Below the pieces are notes generated by a model that did not search any database, had not been told where the DNA came from, and saw nothing but the letters and a program-made list of their open reading frames with translations. The position numbers were made by a program, and so were the translations under genes. Positions 17,813 to 27,375 of a DNA stretch of 64,000 nucleotides are shown here, piece after piece. The stretch is from a virus (lineage: Duplodnaviria; Caudoviricetes). The DNA lies in IMG/VR virus record IMGVR_UViG_3300028833_000058; one strand, 5' to 3'. The stretch's first letter is position 1; each line of letters opens with the position of its first letter.

Positions 17813-18256
17813 TTAGATTCCTTCTCTTTTCAAGTTAGTAAATCTTTCTGTGAGATAATCAACAACTTCTTGCCATTTCTCACCATGAATACCGCCATTA
17901 CAATAACCTTGGTCTGCTGACCACATGTGATACCAGTCTTGTGGTATTCTTTCATCAGTAATTGCAATAAACGGATATTTTTCATCTACTTGGAACATAG
18001 TAATTTCAACTTTATTGTCTAAAAGAAATCTACTTATTGCTTCTCTAAAATTTTCACAATTAAAGTTACATACCATAAATCCTAGTCCCATTCCTTCTTC
18101 AGCCATAGATTCGTTTAAATTTGGAATTTGGTACTCTTTTTTTACACTCATTGAAAAATAGTTACCATATGACAAAGGATAATCTTTACTTAGAATTCCA
18201 ACTAAAGAATATGTAGCAACGTTTGCAGAAACTTTTATTTCACGTATTTTAATCAT
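17813..18256 (-). CDS. hypothetical protein
   Basis: 147 aa in operon. Confidence 0.75.
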   Translation of the reverse strand: MIKIREIKVSANVATYSLVGILSKDYPLSYGNYFSMSVKKEYQIPNLNESMAEEGMGLGFMVCNFNCENFREAISRFLLDNKVEITMFQVDEKYPFIAITDERIPQDWYHMWSADQGYCNGGIHGEKWQEVVDYLTERFTNLKREGI

Positions 18257-18467
18257 TTTCTTTAGATTCCTTCCATTCTACAGGTGTATTACAACGAGAA
18301 CAATCTAAATGGGAATTCCCATTTTCATCAAACCATTGATATAACATATCAACTTCTTTTTTACATTTTGGACAATAAAAATATGTAGAGTTACATCCCT
18401 TATATCCTACGAGTATTTCATCTTCAAGTTCTATCAATTTTACATCTGTTGCTTTATACATACCCAA
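18249..18467 (-). CDS. zinc-ribbon protein
   Basis: CPKC...CSRC. Confidence 0.7.
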   Translation of the reverse strand: MGMYKATDVKLIELEDEILVGYKGCNSTYFYCPKCKKEVDMLYQWFDENGNSHLDCSRCNTPVEWKESKEND

Positions 18468-18498
18468 TTCCTTTCAACTATGTCGTTATTAAACTTAT

Positions 18499-19005
18499 CT
18501 ACTTTTCCAATATCTCAAAGAACAATCTACCATCTGTTAATTGACTGTGAACAAACCAAGATGTATTAAACCAGCAACTTCCTTTACTATTAAAATCACA
18601 TCTTTTATCCAAAGCAATTAGACCAATACCATTTTTAAACAACTTGTGTCTCTTGGTTCCCTCAAGTGCAGTCATAGGAAGTAATAAGGCAAATGGTTTT
18701 TTCAATTCATAACACCTTTTTATAATATCGTCCTTCAAGCTGTAGGGCGGGTTCGTAACAATCATGTCATATCCTTCTGGTTCGCATTTGAAGAAATCTT
18801 TACCTTCGTCTTTATGACTGTAAATAATGTCGTAACCAAAAGAAAGTAGTTCTTGAACAATGTTACTTTCTAATGTATCACAAGGACACCATACAGTTTT
18901 GACGTTATTTGGAATGTAATTTAAAAGTGGTTTGATAGCATAAGCTGGTGTATAGAGCTCATCGAACGCTCCTCTTTTAATGTAATCAAGCATTGCCTTT
19001 TTCAT
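18499..19005 (-). CDS. small phage N6-adenine DNA methyltransferase
   Basis: DELYTP, WCPCD, GKDFF, TNPPYS. Confidence 0.85.
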   Translation of the reverse strand: MKKAMLDYIKRGAFDELYTPAYAIKPLLNYIPNNVKTVWCPCDTLESNIVQELLSFGYDIIYSHKDEGKDFFKCEPEGYDMIVTNPPYSLKDDIIKRCYELKKPFALLLPMTALEGTKRHKLFKNGIGLIALDKRCDFNSKGSCWFNTSWFVHSQLTDGRLFFEILEK

Positions 19006-19732
19006 TTATCCTATCCTCCGCTATATTAAAATAAGTTTCATTAAGTTCAATACCAATAAAATCTCTATTTAATTTTTTACAAGCAACACCAGTAGTTCCG
19101 CTCCCCATTGTGAAATCAAGCACTATGTCTCCTTCATCGGTATAGGTCTTTACCAAATATTCCATTAGTTCCAATGGTTTCTGTGTTGGATGTAAATTAC
19201 TTGTTAGAATATCTCTTTTAAATTGAATAACTTGTAGTGGATAACGTAAACCGTTATCTTTATATTGGTTCGGTTGCTTATTTCCAGAATCCACTAATAA
19301 ACCTAATTTACCATTTTTAATTTTATTGGTTCTCAATGGTCCATCATGTTTAATCATCTGTGGATTATAGGTTGGTTGTTTGTCATAGAACACACAAATG
19401 TTTTCAATGACTTTTGCTGGTCTTTTCTTTAACTGAAATATATTTGTAGCTCTTTCTTTCTGCCAATACCAGTCATATTTATAGGCAGTCAAATTACTTT
19501 CTCTTAGAGCAGATGAAAACGGTTCGTTGCCAAAAAGACATACAACAGCGTCATCTTTTTTAATTCTGTTTATGCAATCCCACATTGGTACAAACGGTAT
19601 AGCTTTATCCCATGAACATCTTGTAATTTCGTAAGGTATATCTGTGATAACGGCATCGACTTTAATCCCATCTCCAATGAGAGTATTCATCACTTCTATA
19701 CAATCACCATTGTAAAGCTGAATATTACTCAT
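18986..19732 (-). CDS. N4/N6 DNA methyltransferase (beta class)
   Basis: GDC, TDIPY, HPTQKP, VLDFTMGSGTTG, FIGIE. Confidence 0.9.
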   Translation of the reverse strand: MSNIQLYNGDCIEVMNTLIGDGIKVDAVITDIPYEITRCSWDKAIPFVPMWDCINRIKKDDAVVCLFGNEPFSSALRESNLTAYKYDWYWQKERATNIFQLKKRPAKVIENICVFYDKQPTYNPQMIKHDGPLRTNKIKNGKLGLLVDSGNKQPNQYKDNGLRYPLQVIQFKRDILTSNLHPTQKPLELMEYLVKTYTDEGDIVLDFTMGSGTTGVACKKLNRDFIGIELNETYFNIAEDRINEKGNA

Positions 19733-20453
19733 TTTCTATCCTTTCTTTTGCGATATCAAAATAAGTTTTATTAGCTTCGATACCTATAAAATTACGATTT
19801 AATCTTTTAGCAGCAACCCCTGTACTACCAGAACCCATACAAAAATCTAACACTGTATCACCTTCGTTTGTAATCATTTCGATACATCTTTCCATAAGAG
19901 CAACTGGTTTTTGAGTTGGGTGATTAACTTTTTCTTTACTGTTATGAGGTAACGCAGGTATATCAGACCATACATCAGACAACGTAATTCCATCTTTTAA
20001 GTAACCTGTTGTATATTCTGGTCTTTTACTATCAACTTTAATCTTAATGTTGTTAAATGTATAATTCTTTTTATCTTTAGTGTAATAACAAATCGGTTCA
20101 TAACCAGATGCCAATGCTTTACCTCTTGTGTTGTTAAAAGCTCTTTTTCTTGACCAGATTATAATTCGTTTTTCGTAAAACGTTTTATCTAGCTCATAAC
20201 AGATTTGACGATTATATTGTCGTCCTGTAAAAATTAACAAAGAACCATCTTCTTTAAGTAAATTATAACAATAGTTAAAACAACTGTTACACCAACCAAG
20301 GTAATCAGATAAATCTCTCCATTGATTATCCCAGTCATTTTTAACAACTTGAAAATAAGGTATGTCTGTGATAACAGCGTCAACTTTTACATGGGTATTC
20401 ATGTCTTTTAAAATTTGATAACAGTCGACATTATAAAGTTTTATATCACTCAC
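19725..20453 (-). CDS. N4/N6 DNA methyltransferase (beta class)
   Basis: TDIPY, SDVW, HPTQKP, VLDFCMGSGSTG. Confidence 0.9.
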   Translation of the reverse strand: MSDIKLYNVDCYQILKDMNTHVKVDAVITDIPYFQVVKNDWDNQWRDLSDYLGWCNSCFNYCYNLLKEDGSLLIFTGRQYNRQICYELDKTFYEKRIIIWSRKRAFNNTRGKALASGYEPICYYTKDKKNYTFNNIKIKVDSKRPEYTTGYLKDGITLSDVWSDIPALPHNSKEKVNHPTQKPVALMERCIEMITNEGDTVLDFCMGSGSTGVAAKRLNRNFIGIEANKTYFDIAKERIENE

Positions 20454-20547
20454 TTTTCAATTTCCATACAATTGTAATCGATTCTAAGATTAGATTAGTA
20501 AATGATAATTGAAAACTAAAGTCAATTTTATCGTTATACCCAAATTT

Positions 20548-21072
20548 CTACGTTAAATTTAAGCAATCTTTAAATGGCCAATGTTCATCTTTCCAACTAA
20601 CTATGAACGGGTAGTTGAGCAACATACCGATTCGCAATATAGGAAACTCTTCCATCAATTTGTCAAATATGAGTTTATTCTTTTTATGACAAAAACATAA
20701 ATAATTCCACCAATCATCAGGTAACCACATTGTAGCATTTGGCATATTCAATCTAAGGTCATCTTCGTATAAACAATGGTCTCTATCAAAATAAAGTCCA
20801 TATTTATCATAATCAACATCACCATTAGCGGATTTGTAAGGTAACTCCACACGAAGTTCTGGTCTAATATTTGAATATTCCTTTAAAGTTACTTTATGAC
20901 CTTTTACACCAAGATTGTCTAAAAAACGTTCTATTTTCTCAACAAGCAGATGACAAGCCATTCTACGAGCATCTATGACATGATGTTCTTTCCAATCCCA
21001 CTCTTCTTGTTTACCTGCATATTTTAGTGCATATTTGTATATTTCTTTAGCAACTTCTTCGTTGTATGGCAT
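20548..21072 (-). CDS. hypothetical protein
   Basis: 174 aa ORF. Confidence 0.75.
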   Translation of the reverse strand: MPYNEEVAKEIYKYALKYAGKQEEWDWKEHHVIDARRMACHLLVEKIERFLDNLGVKGHKVTLKEYSNIRPELRVELPYKSANGDVDYDKYGLYFDRDHCLYEDDLRLNMPNATMWLPDDWWNYLCFCHKKNKLIFDKLMEEFPILRIGMLLNYPFIVSWKDEHWPFKDCLNLT

Positions 21073-21080
21073 GGATTGTC

Positions 21081-21461
21081 CTACTTTTTCATTTCTTTTG
21101 CAACAGGGTCAGGTGTTGTGTTTGAATAAGTTATAATAGGTTGTCTAATTTCTCTCCATGGGTCTACTGGATTAACAGGGTCTCTTGGTGACACAGGAAC
21201 AATTACTGGTGGAACAGGCATATTGTTTTTGGTGGTAACTTCTGCTTCTGTAACGTTTAAAATATCTAAAATCTTATCAATAAGTTCATTTGTTGGTAAA
21301 CTTGTAACTTTTTTGTTTATCGGAATTACAACTTCATAACCATTGTTTGTTATCTTCAAGTCATAATTTGTTCCAGATACTTTGTTGTTATCATCTACAA
21401 CAGGTGTACAAATGATTTCAACTGTAGTAATAGGTTTGTAATTTTTGTCTTTTTTAGTCAT
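21081..21461 (-). CDS. hypothetical protein, Pro-rich C-terminus
   Basis: 126 aa, GGAG RBS. Confidence 0.7.
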   Translation of the reverse strand: MTKKDKNYKPITTVEIICTPVVDDNNKVSGTNYDLKITNNGYEVVIPINKKVTSLPTNELIDKILDILNVTEAEVTTKNNMPVPPVIVPVSPRDPVNPVDPWREIRQPIITYSNTTPDPVAKEMKK

Positions 21462-21477
21462 TGCTTATCTCCATGAT

Positions 21478-22200
21478 TTATTTTTCATCATATTCTTCAA
21501 CTTCTAAATCTTCGTCATCATAAAGAAGATAACTGTCAATCTGATTTAAAAGAACATCTCTATCGTTTTCACTTATATTACCAAGCTCAAACGCATTTTC
21601 TATATTAAATTTCATATATTCTCTACGTTCTTCAATTGTTTTACCTTTATCGTCATATAAAATCTCATCACTATCATCTGTTTTTATCATATGCTTACGG
21701 ATATTACCTTTTCTATCAAAGTAGTAATAAGCAACTGTTTTTCCATAATCGTAATAATGACAAATACCTATCGTTGTGACTAAACTTTTTATGTGTGGTC
21801 CAACTAATTTAAAAAACTCATCAAGTGTTTCTGGTCTTCTTGGTAATGAAAGAATAGATACACCTATGTCTGGTAAAAGGTCATCTTCGTCAATCTTATT
21901 ACCATCTTCATCTTCAAACCAACCGCGTTTTTCAAATAATTCGTTAGTATCAAGGTCATAAACATCCCATGTACTTAGTTGACAATGTTGAAAATCTACA
22001 TTGTGATAAGCATCATTACGTTCAAGGTCATAAATAGCAGGATATTTTTCACCTAATTCTCTAATATCGTCATCTTTAATTTTATTTGGATAATATTTTG
22101 TGTAATAATCAGTGAAACATGCAAGAATTAATTTCTTCATGTCTTTAGGCATTTCTGGTTTAATCTTGAAAGTTATTTGTACTAACGATGGGTCACTCAT
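21478..22200 (-). CDS. hypothetical acidic protein
   Basis: Probable start MSDPSL (AAAGGA RBS). Confidence 0.75.
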   Translation of the reverse strand: MSDPSLVQITFKIKPEMPKDMKKLILACFTDYYTKYYPNKIKDDDIRELGEKYPAIYDLERNDAYHNVDFQHCQLSTWDVYDLDTNELFEKRGWFEDEDGNKIDEDDLLPDIGVSILSLPRRPETLDEFFKLVGPHIKSLVTTIGICHYYDYGKTVAYYYFDRKGNIRKHMIKTDDSDEILYDDKGKTIEERREYMKFNIENAFELGNISENDRDVLLNQIDSYLLYDDEDLEVEEYDEK

Positions 22201-22423
22201 TTTCAATCCTTTCTTCAATGAATTTGTCACATTGTAGTTTCATTTTAAATTGGCATAAATTTGAATCTGCTACATATACTATTTCATTATATCGTGTAAC
22301 AATCATCAAAGTCTTTTCATTACCAGTTTTAATATGATTCGTTGGAATAGCATAATATATACAATATCCTTTTCTTTCTGTCAACAATTTAAAAGTTATA
22401 GTATCGATACTCATTTTAATCAC
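22193..22423 (-). CDS. hypothetical protein
   Basis: 76 aa, coupled to neighbours. Confidence 0.6.
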   Translation of the reverse strand: MIKMSIDTITFKLLTERKGYCIYYAIPTNHIKTGNEKTLMIVTRYNEIVYVADSNLCQFKMKLQCDKFIEERIENE

Positions 22424-22899
22424 TATTTATAATCAATGTCTAACACACATGTTCTGTTAAATCCACCTGTTGTAAAATCACCATAGTCTATACAGTAAAT
22501 TTTGCCGTGTTCATCTTTTTTAAAATTTTCTGGCTTTATATCGTTTATAACAAGATACGCTGTCTTTTCCCACCATCTTTTTTCAATGTCTTCAATGAAT
22601 TCACCTAAATCTTTTTGTAAAACCTCTTTCGGTAAATGTTTAACAACATTGACTAATCCAAGAAAACTAAAATAACATGGACATAAAATAGGTGTTTGGT
22701 AAGTGTACTCCCAAGTATGACCCCATTGACACATTTTTTTACGTTGAACATAATATTTATAACGTTTTCTTTCTAGTACATTCATTATTATGCCACAAAG
22801 AAATCCCAAGAAAGGGTTACCGTTAAGTTTATCATATTTTGGAAACTTAAATCCGTAATTTCCTATATGGAAATAACATCTGTAAGCACCTTTTTTCAT
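22423..22899 (-). CDS. minimal protein-kinase-like fold protein
   Basis: GAYR, FKFP, catalytic loop DIKPENF, IDYG. Confidence 0.7.
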   Translation of the reverse strand: MKKGAYRCYFHIGNYGFKFPKYDKLNGNPFLGFLCGIIMNVLERKRYKYYVQRKKMCQWGHTWEYTYQTPILCPCYFSFLGLVNVVKHLPKEVLQKDLGEFIEDIEKRWWEKTAYLVINDIKPENFKKDEHGKIYCIDYGDFTTGGFNRTCVLDIDYK

Positions 22900-22923
22900 T
22901 TGTTTGACCCTCCCTTTTGCTAA

Positions 22924-24216
22924 CTAGTTGTTATTTAGACACCATTTTAAAAAGTGTTCAACCCTCTTGTCTATTATGATATCTTTTTCTTTCAGCTCTT
23001 TGGATATAAGCATGTCCACAGCCTTTCTTGTTCTGCTTAAAGCGACATATAATTGACCAGGAGCAAATATACCTCTATCTATATCCAATATAACTTTGTC
23101 TAATGTTTTAGATTGTGATTTATGTATTGTTGTAGCATACCCAAGTTGCAATGGATATTGTTTAAATGTACCAACAGTTTCTTCAGTTATTTTCTTCGTT
23201 GCTTTATCGTAATTGTATTTAACAAGTTCCCAAGAGTCTTTAAGAACAAAGACTTCTTCACCACTTGTTGTGAGTTCAACTAGTATATAATAATCATTAC
23301 ATTCTGTTACTATTCCTGTATTACCATTTATCCATCTTTTATCTTTATCATTTCTAGTAAATATGACGAGTGCACCTTCTTTTAGTTTCAGTTGTTCTGG
23401 TGCAGGTGTGTCTTTTTGATTTTTAAAAGTTCCTTCTATTTCGGCTTCATAAATATGTTCTTCACCAGTTAATTTATTTAACCTTAATTCATTTATCTTA
23501 TCTGCTTTCTCTCTATATGGAGTAATCACTGTTGCATTTTCAAACCCTTTGCCGTGTGGTATATTATTAAAAAAATCTAAAGTAGATTTTAAATTTTCGC
23601 CATTTCTTATATTTCTTAAATTTTCAAGTAACTTAGAATCATCTTGACGATGTACTATTTTCAATTCACGAGTTTCGAAACCACCTTCTTTGTAAGCTTT
23701 AGAATCAAAGAAATACGGAGATTTAGAACCATAAAAATCGTAGAAAATTTCTTTTACATCAGAGGTCACAATTGGTGGTAATTGAAGTAAATCACCAACA
23801 AGAACGACTTGTATCCCACCAAATGGCTTTTTCGATTTTTTAACTTCTTTTAGTACTACATCTATGCAGTCTAATAAATCTGGTCTAACCATTGATATTT
23901 CGTCAATAATTAGAATTTGTATATGTTTTAAAACAATATCGTTACTCTTTTCTCTTTTGTTGAGTATAGTGTTTGGGTCCAAAAAATTTTTTGGTTTAAA
24001 TCTAAACAACGAATGTAAAGTACAACCTCCTACGTTCATTGCGGCAATTGCTGTCGGACAAGCTACAACAACGTTTTTCTCACTATCGTGTCTAACCCAG
24101 TTTATTAGGGTTGATTTACCAGTTCCAGCTTGACCTTGTATAAATAAATTTTTCTTTTGCTTTGTTATAGCATTAAAAATTTCAATTTGTTCTTCTGATT
24201 TAATTTCGTTTGACAC
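22924..24216 (-). CDS. Pif1/RecD-like SF1B helicase
   Basis: GQAGTGKS, PTAIAA, IIDEISM, GDLLQLPP, HRQ, TIHKSQ, GQLYVALSR. Confidence 0.92.
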   Translation of the reverse strand: MSNEIKSEEQIEIFNAITKQKKNLFIQGQAGTGKSTLINWVRHDSEKNVVVACPTAIAAMNVGGCTLHSLFRFKPKNFLDPNTILNKREKSNDIVLKHIQILIIDEISMVRPDLLDCIDVVLKEVKKSKKPFGGIQVVLVGDLLQLPPIVTSDVKEIFYDFYGSKSPYFFDSKAYKEGGFETRELKIVHRQDDSKLLENLRNIRNGENLKSTLDFFNNIPHGKGFENATVITPYREKADKINELRLNKLTGEEHIYEAEIEGTFKNQKDTPAPEQLKLKEGALVIFTRNDKDKRWINGNTGIVTECNDYYILVELTTSGEEVFVLKDSWELVKYNYDKATKKITEETVGTFKQYPLQLGYATTIHKSQSKTLDKVILDIDRGIFAPGQLYVALSRTRKAVDMLISKELKEKDIIIDKRVEHFLKWCLNNN

Positions 24217-24320
24217 TTGACTTATCCTTTCATAACTATTATTAATAAAACAAACATTTCAAAAAGTAAAGATATTTTTTTAATTCTAATAGACATAAAA
24301 ATAAAACCGAGGTTAGATTT

Positions 24321-25037
24321 ATGCTTAAAAATAACAACATACCAATAAACAGAACATGGAAATTATTAAAAGAAGAAAGAAAGATAGCCCATAAACTTTT
24401 GGTTAAGCAAAGTAAGAAAATTGACATAAATCCAATAGTCAACATGACATTATCTCAGTATTATAGTGTGATAAAAGAAGGTATGTTAGCATTATGTGAA
24501 GAAAATGGTGACTTTATAGATATTTACGATACTGGAAGACCTTTGTTCAACATCTACACAAGTCCAGAAGATTATGTGTTAAGAAGAATTATGGATGGTC
24601 GTTCTTTATTTCATTCTGACTATGGTGACCCGTATGGTGTTTTAAATGACATAGACCATAATGACCCTATTGCTTTTAAGGATTGGGTTTGTAATGCACA
24701 TTGGGGTGGGCATCCGTTTGAAACTAGATTTGGTGACTTTGTGCCTTATTGTATTTACAACGATGGCTACAATTTTAGTTCAAGAAGAAAAAAAGGCATG
24801 ATTGAAAGGTTGGCCACAGATATTGAATACTCAGACAATTGGTTATTATTGTTTTCAACAGCACATAGAAACGATGAGTATGCGATGAGATGCTTTATTC
24901 GTTTGAAAAAATTAGGTTACCCTGTAATATGGGCTGTTGACAACGAAAGAGATAGAAAAATGTTGACCAAGCAATATATGGTAGAAAAAGAAAAACAACC
25001 AGATTGGTGGGACATTACAGTAAGTGAAATTATATAA
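24321..25037 (+). CDS. hypothetical protein
   Basis: 238 aa, GAGG RBS, WGGHPFE motif; lone plus-strand gene. Confidence 0.75.
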   Translation: MLKNNNIPINRTWKLLKEERKIAHKLLVKQSKKIDINPIVNMTLSQYYSVIKEGMLALCEENGDFIDIYDTGRPLFNIYTSPEDYVLRRIMDGRSLFHSDYGDPYGVLNDIDHNDPIAFKDWVCNAHWGGHPFETRFGDFVPYCIYNDGYNFSSRRKKGMIERLATDIEYSDNWLLLFSTAHRNDEYAMRCFIRLKKLGYPVIWAVDNERDRKMLTKQYMVEKEKQPDWWDITVSEII

Positions 25038-25045
25038 ACGAAGGA

Positions 25046-25105
25046 AGAAGTGGGCCATTCATAACAACAAAGAAACAAAGGAAAAGATTTGAACAACCCA
25101 CTTCT
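25046..25105 (-). terminator. long hairpin between convergent genes (terminator or small RNA)
   Basis: 16-bp stem with three G-U pairs on minus strand, 28-nt pyrimidine-rich loop. Confidence 0.55.
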
Positions 25106-25110
25106 ATGGA

Positions 25111-26064
25111 CTACAATCTAACTTTTGGAGTAACAACCATCGCTCTAAGTAAGGTTCTCATTATAGCTGCTAAAAGTATAGCTACTGGTAAGAGGAAGAA
25201 CCTTATGATATTTTTAAATATCCAGTAGATGACATAAAGTATGTCAAAGCATAATTTAGTTACAAACATGAATGTAAGGAATATTGTCCAAAAAACAGTA
25301 CCTATCAGGCTGTTTTTATATAACAAATAATGAAGACGTGTAAACCAATGCCATCCAAATTGTTTAGGACGACTTGGTTTTAAGAAGAATAGGATTTGAT
25401 TTATTGTCACAAAAGGTATTGCTAAAACGTGTACAAACAATGCACCTAACATAGCCAATATGTTTCTACGCCATATTCCACCGAAAGCATTTTCAAACCT
25501 ATAATCACACCAATGGTTTAGTATAGTAAAAATCGATTCTTTATGTGGATTTTTATAATACATGTCTGTCTCAAAAGAGCAGTTATCACGTGTATTATTA
25601 TTTACAGGACGACCACTTTGAAGCCTAATTATATCAGACATGCATTGGTTGATTTGCATTTGTGTCATGGTGTTAGCTATAGTGTTCAGTTTACCGACAA
25701 TTTCTTCTGTTTCTAATTTTCTAATTTCGTTACAAATGAGAGTATTTAATTTCTCTATGTTATCAATAGATTTATCATAGCTACTTTGTGTTCCATAAGA
25801 AGAAACATTTGCTCCCTCATAAACAGTTAACTCATTTCTTCTTTCTTCAGCTTCTGCTTGACTAATCATTGCGTCATATTCTTTTCTTTTCTTAGAATTG
25901 GAGAGAACATTGTACGCTTCTAAAATCTCTTTGAATATCTCTGTGTTATTTGGATTTATATCTGGATGATACTGTTTTGCTAAAATTCGATACTGTTTCT
26001 TTATCTCCCTATCAGAAGCATTTCTAGAAACGTTTAACGTATCATAATAAGTTGTTATTGTCAT
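25111..26064 (-). CDS. J-domain (DnaJ class C) protein with C-terminal membrane segments
   Basis: [34 protein letters not shown]; hydrophobic C-terminus. Confidence 0.88.
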   Translation of the reverse strand: MTITTYYDTLNVSRNASDREIKKQYRILAKQYHPDINPNNTEIFKEILEAYNVLSNSKKRKEYDAMISQAEAEERRNELTVYEGANVSSYGTQSSYDKSIDNIEKLNTLICNEIRKLETEEIVGKLNTIANTMTQMQINQCMSDIIRLQSGRPVNNNTRDNCSFETDMYYKNPHKESIFTILNHWCDYRFENAFGGIWRRNILAMLGALFVHVLAIPFVTINQILFFLKPSRPKQFGWHWFTRLHYLLYKNSLIGTVFWTIFLTFMFVTKLCFDILYVIYWIFKNIIRFFLLPVAILLAAIMRTLLRAMVVTPKVRL

Positions 26065-26093
26065 AACTTTACCCTTTCCTTTGTTGTAGCTTC

Positions 26094-26139
26094 ATTATAC
26101 CACAAAATCAGGAGAAAGTAAAGTTGAATTTTACAATTA
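26094..26139 (-). promoter_or_regulatory. sigma70-type promoter
   Basis: Minus strand TAATTGTAA..TTTACT-N17-TATAAT with extended TG. Confidence 0.7.
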
Positions 26140-26742
26140 ATTCATAAAGTGTCTCAATAGTTTTTTGTAGAATTTTAAGTTTGAATTACGCCATTTTTCA
26201 CACTGCTTACGTCTTTTTTGGTTATATTTACGAATTTCTTTATTTTCTTTATCTTTTTCTACATATTCTGGCTTTGGTTCAAGTCTATAGGCTTCTATAT
26301 TTAACAAATCACTTCTAACTTTGTTGTATTTAATTTTGTTATATTCTTTGATTTTCCACTTTGCCTTCCATTCTTTAGTGTCTTCCTCAACGATGTCTTT
26401 TAATGCCGATAAAACATTTAACAGATTACGACACACTTTGTCTTTTGTAGATTTTATAATTTCATCATACATTTTAGTTCTGATGCCGTTTCTATCACAT
26501 TGATTTATATATAAACTTTTGAAAAATGGTAACTCAAACCGTGAGATTTTTTCAACAAGATGGCCATTCATAATGACTAACTCTACAATCGGTATAACTT
26601 CTAAAGCGAACTCTTTATCAATTGTTACATCAAAATATTTAGAAAGTTGCTTCATTTCTTCTTCAATCGAGTTCACGTCCTTTGGCTTGTTTGAGCAATT
26701 TCTTGTTTCTTTTTTCTTTGATAAGTTCTTTTTCATAATCAA
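26137..26742 (-). CDS. hypothetical basic protein
   Basis: 201 aa ORF. Confidence 0.7.
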   Translation of the reverse strand: MIMKKNLSKKKETRNCSNKPKDVNSIEEEMKQLSKYFDVTIDKEFALEVIPIVELVIMNGHLVEKISRFELPFFKSLYINQCDRNGIRTKMYDEIIKSTKDKVCRNLLNVLSALKDIVEEDTKEWKAKWKIKEYNKIKYNKVRSDLLNIEAYRLEPKPEYVEKDKENKEIRKYNQKRRKQCEKWRNSNLKFYKKLLRHFMN

Positions 26743-27142
26743 CCCTCACTTTCTTTGAAATTTTGTCAGCTCTCTTGTTAAAATGAGATAAAACTGTTCC
26801 GTCTTGACAATGACCCTTAATATGGAACAACGTATAGCTACTGTATTCCATAAAATTTTGTATTTTCTTAACCAAAGCTTCTTCACCTGGTCTATATCTA
26901 TTTTCTCTTATAGCACCTATTGCATAGGTAGAATCTGTAAAGATGAATACTCTTTCATTTTCTTGGAGTAACTCTTGTGTGTCATCTATAGCATATATTA
27001 TCGCTAACAATTCTGCTGTATTGTTATCTATTTGGTCTATAACTATTCCATTTTTTTGAATTTCACCGTGTCGTTTATTCGTTGCTACATACCCTAATCC
27101 AGATATTCCACCTCGTGTACTGGCATCCGTATATATTCTCAT
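26663..27142 (-). CDS. rnhA: ribonuclease HI
   Basis: IYTDAS, NNTAEL, FTDS, HIKGH, NKRAD; GGAGG RBS before ATG at 27142. Confidence 0.9.
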   Translation of the reverse strand: MRIYTDASTRGGISGLGYVATNKRHGEIQKNGIVIDQIDNNTAELLAIIYAIDDTQELLQENERVFIFTDSTYAIGAIRENRYRPGEEALVKKIQNFMEYSSYTLFHIKGHCQDGTVLSHFNKRADKISKKVRVDYEKELIKEKRNKKLLKQAKGRELD

Positions 27143-27349
27143 AAACAACCTCCAAAAAAAGTAAATACAACTAGCTCAACTGATAGAACTTTTAGATTTA
27201 ATTCATAATTTACACAAAAAGATTTTAAAAAAGGTGTTCTTATAAATAGAGGTTAAGTCTTCTACCTGCAGTTACAAAATACACGGGATTTAATGAAACA
27301 AAAGAAGAAGTGATACAGTACTCAAAATCCACCTGCTTAAAAGACTACT

Positions 27350-27373
27350 GAGGTAATTCATATGAGTTACCTC
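27350..27373. terminator. hairpin immediately after replicative helicase gene
   Basis: GAGGTAATTCA/TGAGTTACCTC. Confidence 0.6.
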
Positions 27374-27375
27374 TT

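Noticed and set aside
18499-20453. Complete restriction-modification system
   Set aside because: No endonuclease next to the methyltransferases; VRR-NUC and HNH genes are distant and in other contexts
27161-27215. tRNA-like TAGCTCAACTGATAGAAC
   Set aside because: Resembles a D-arm but there is no T-arm (GTTCRA) or proper cloverleaf
27235-27350. Purine or preQ1 riboswitch (CTTCTACC, AGAGGTT)
   Set aside because: Only short motif resemblance; required stems and a downstream plus-strand gene are absent
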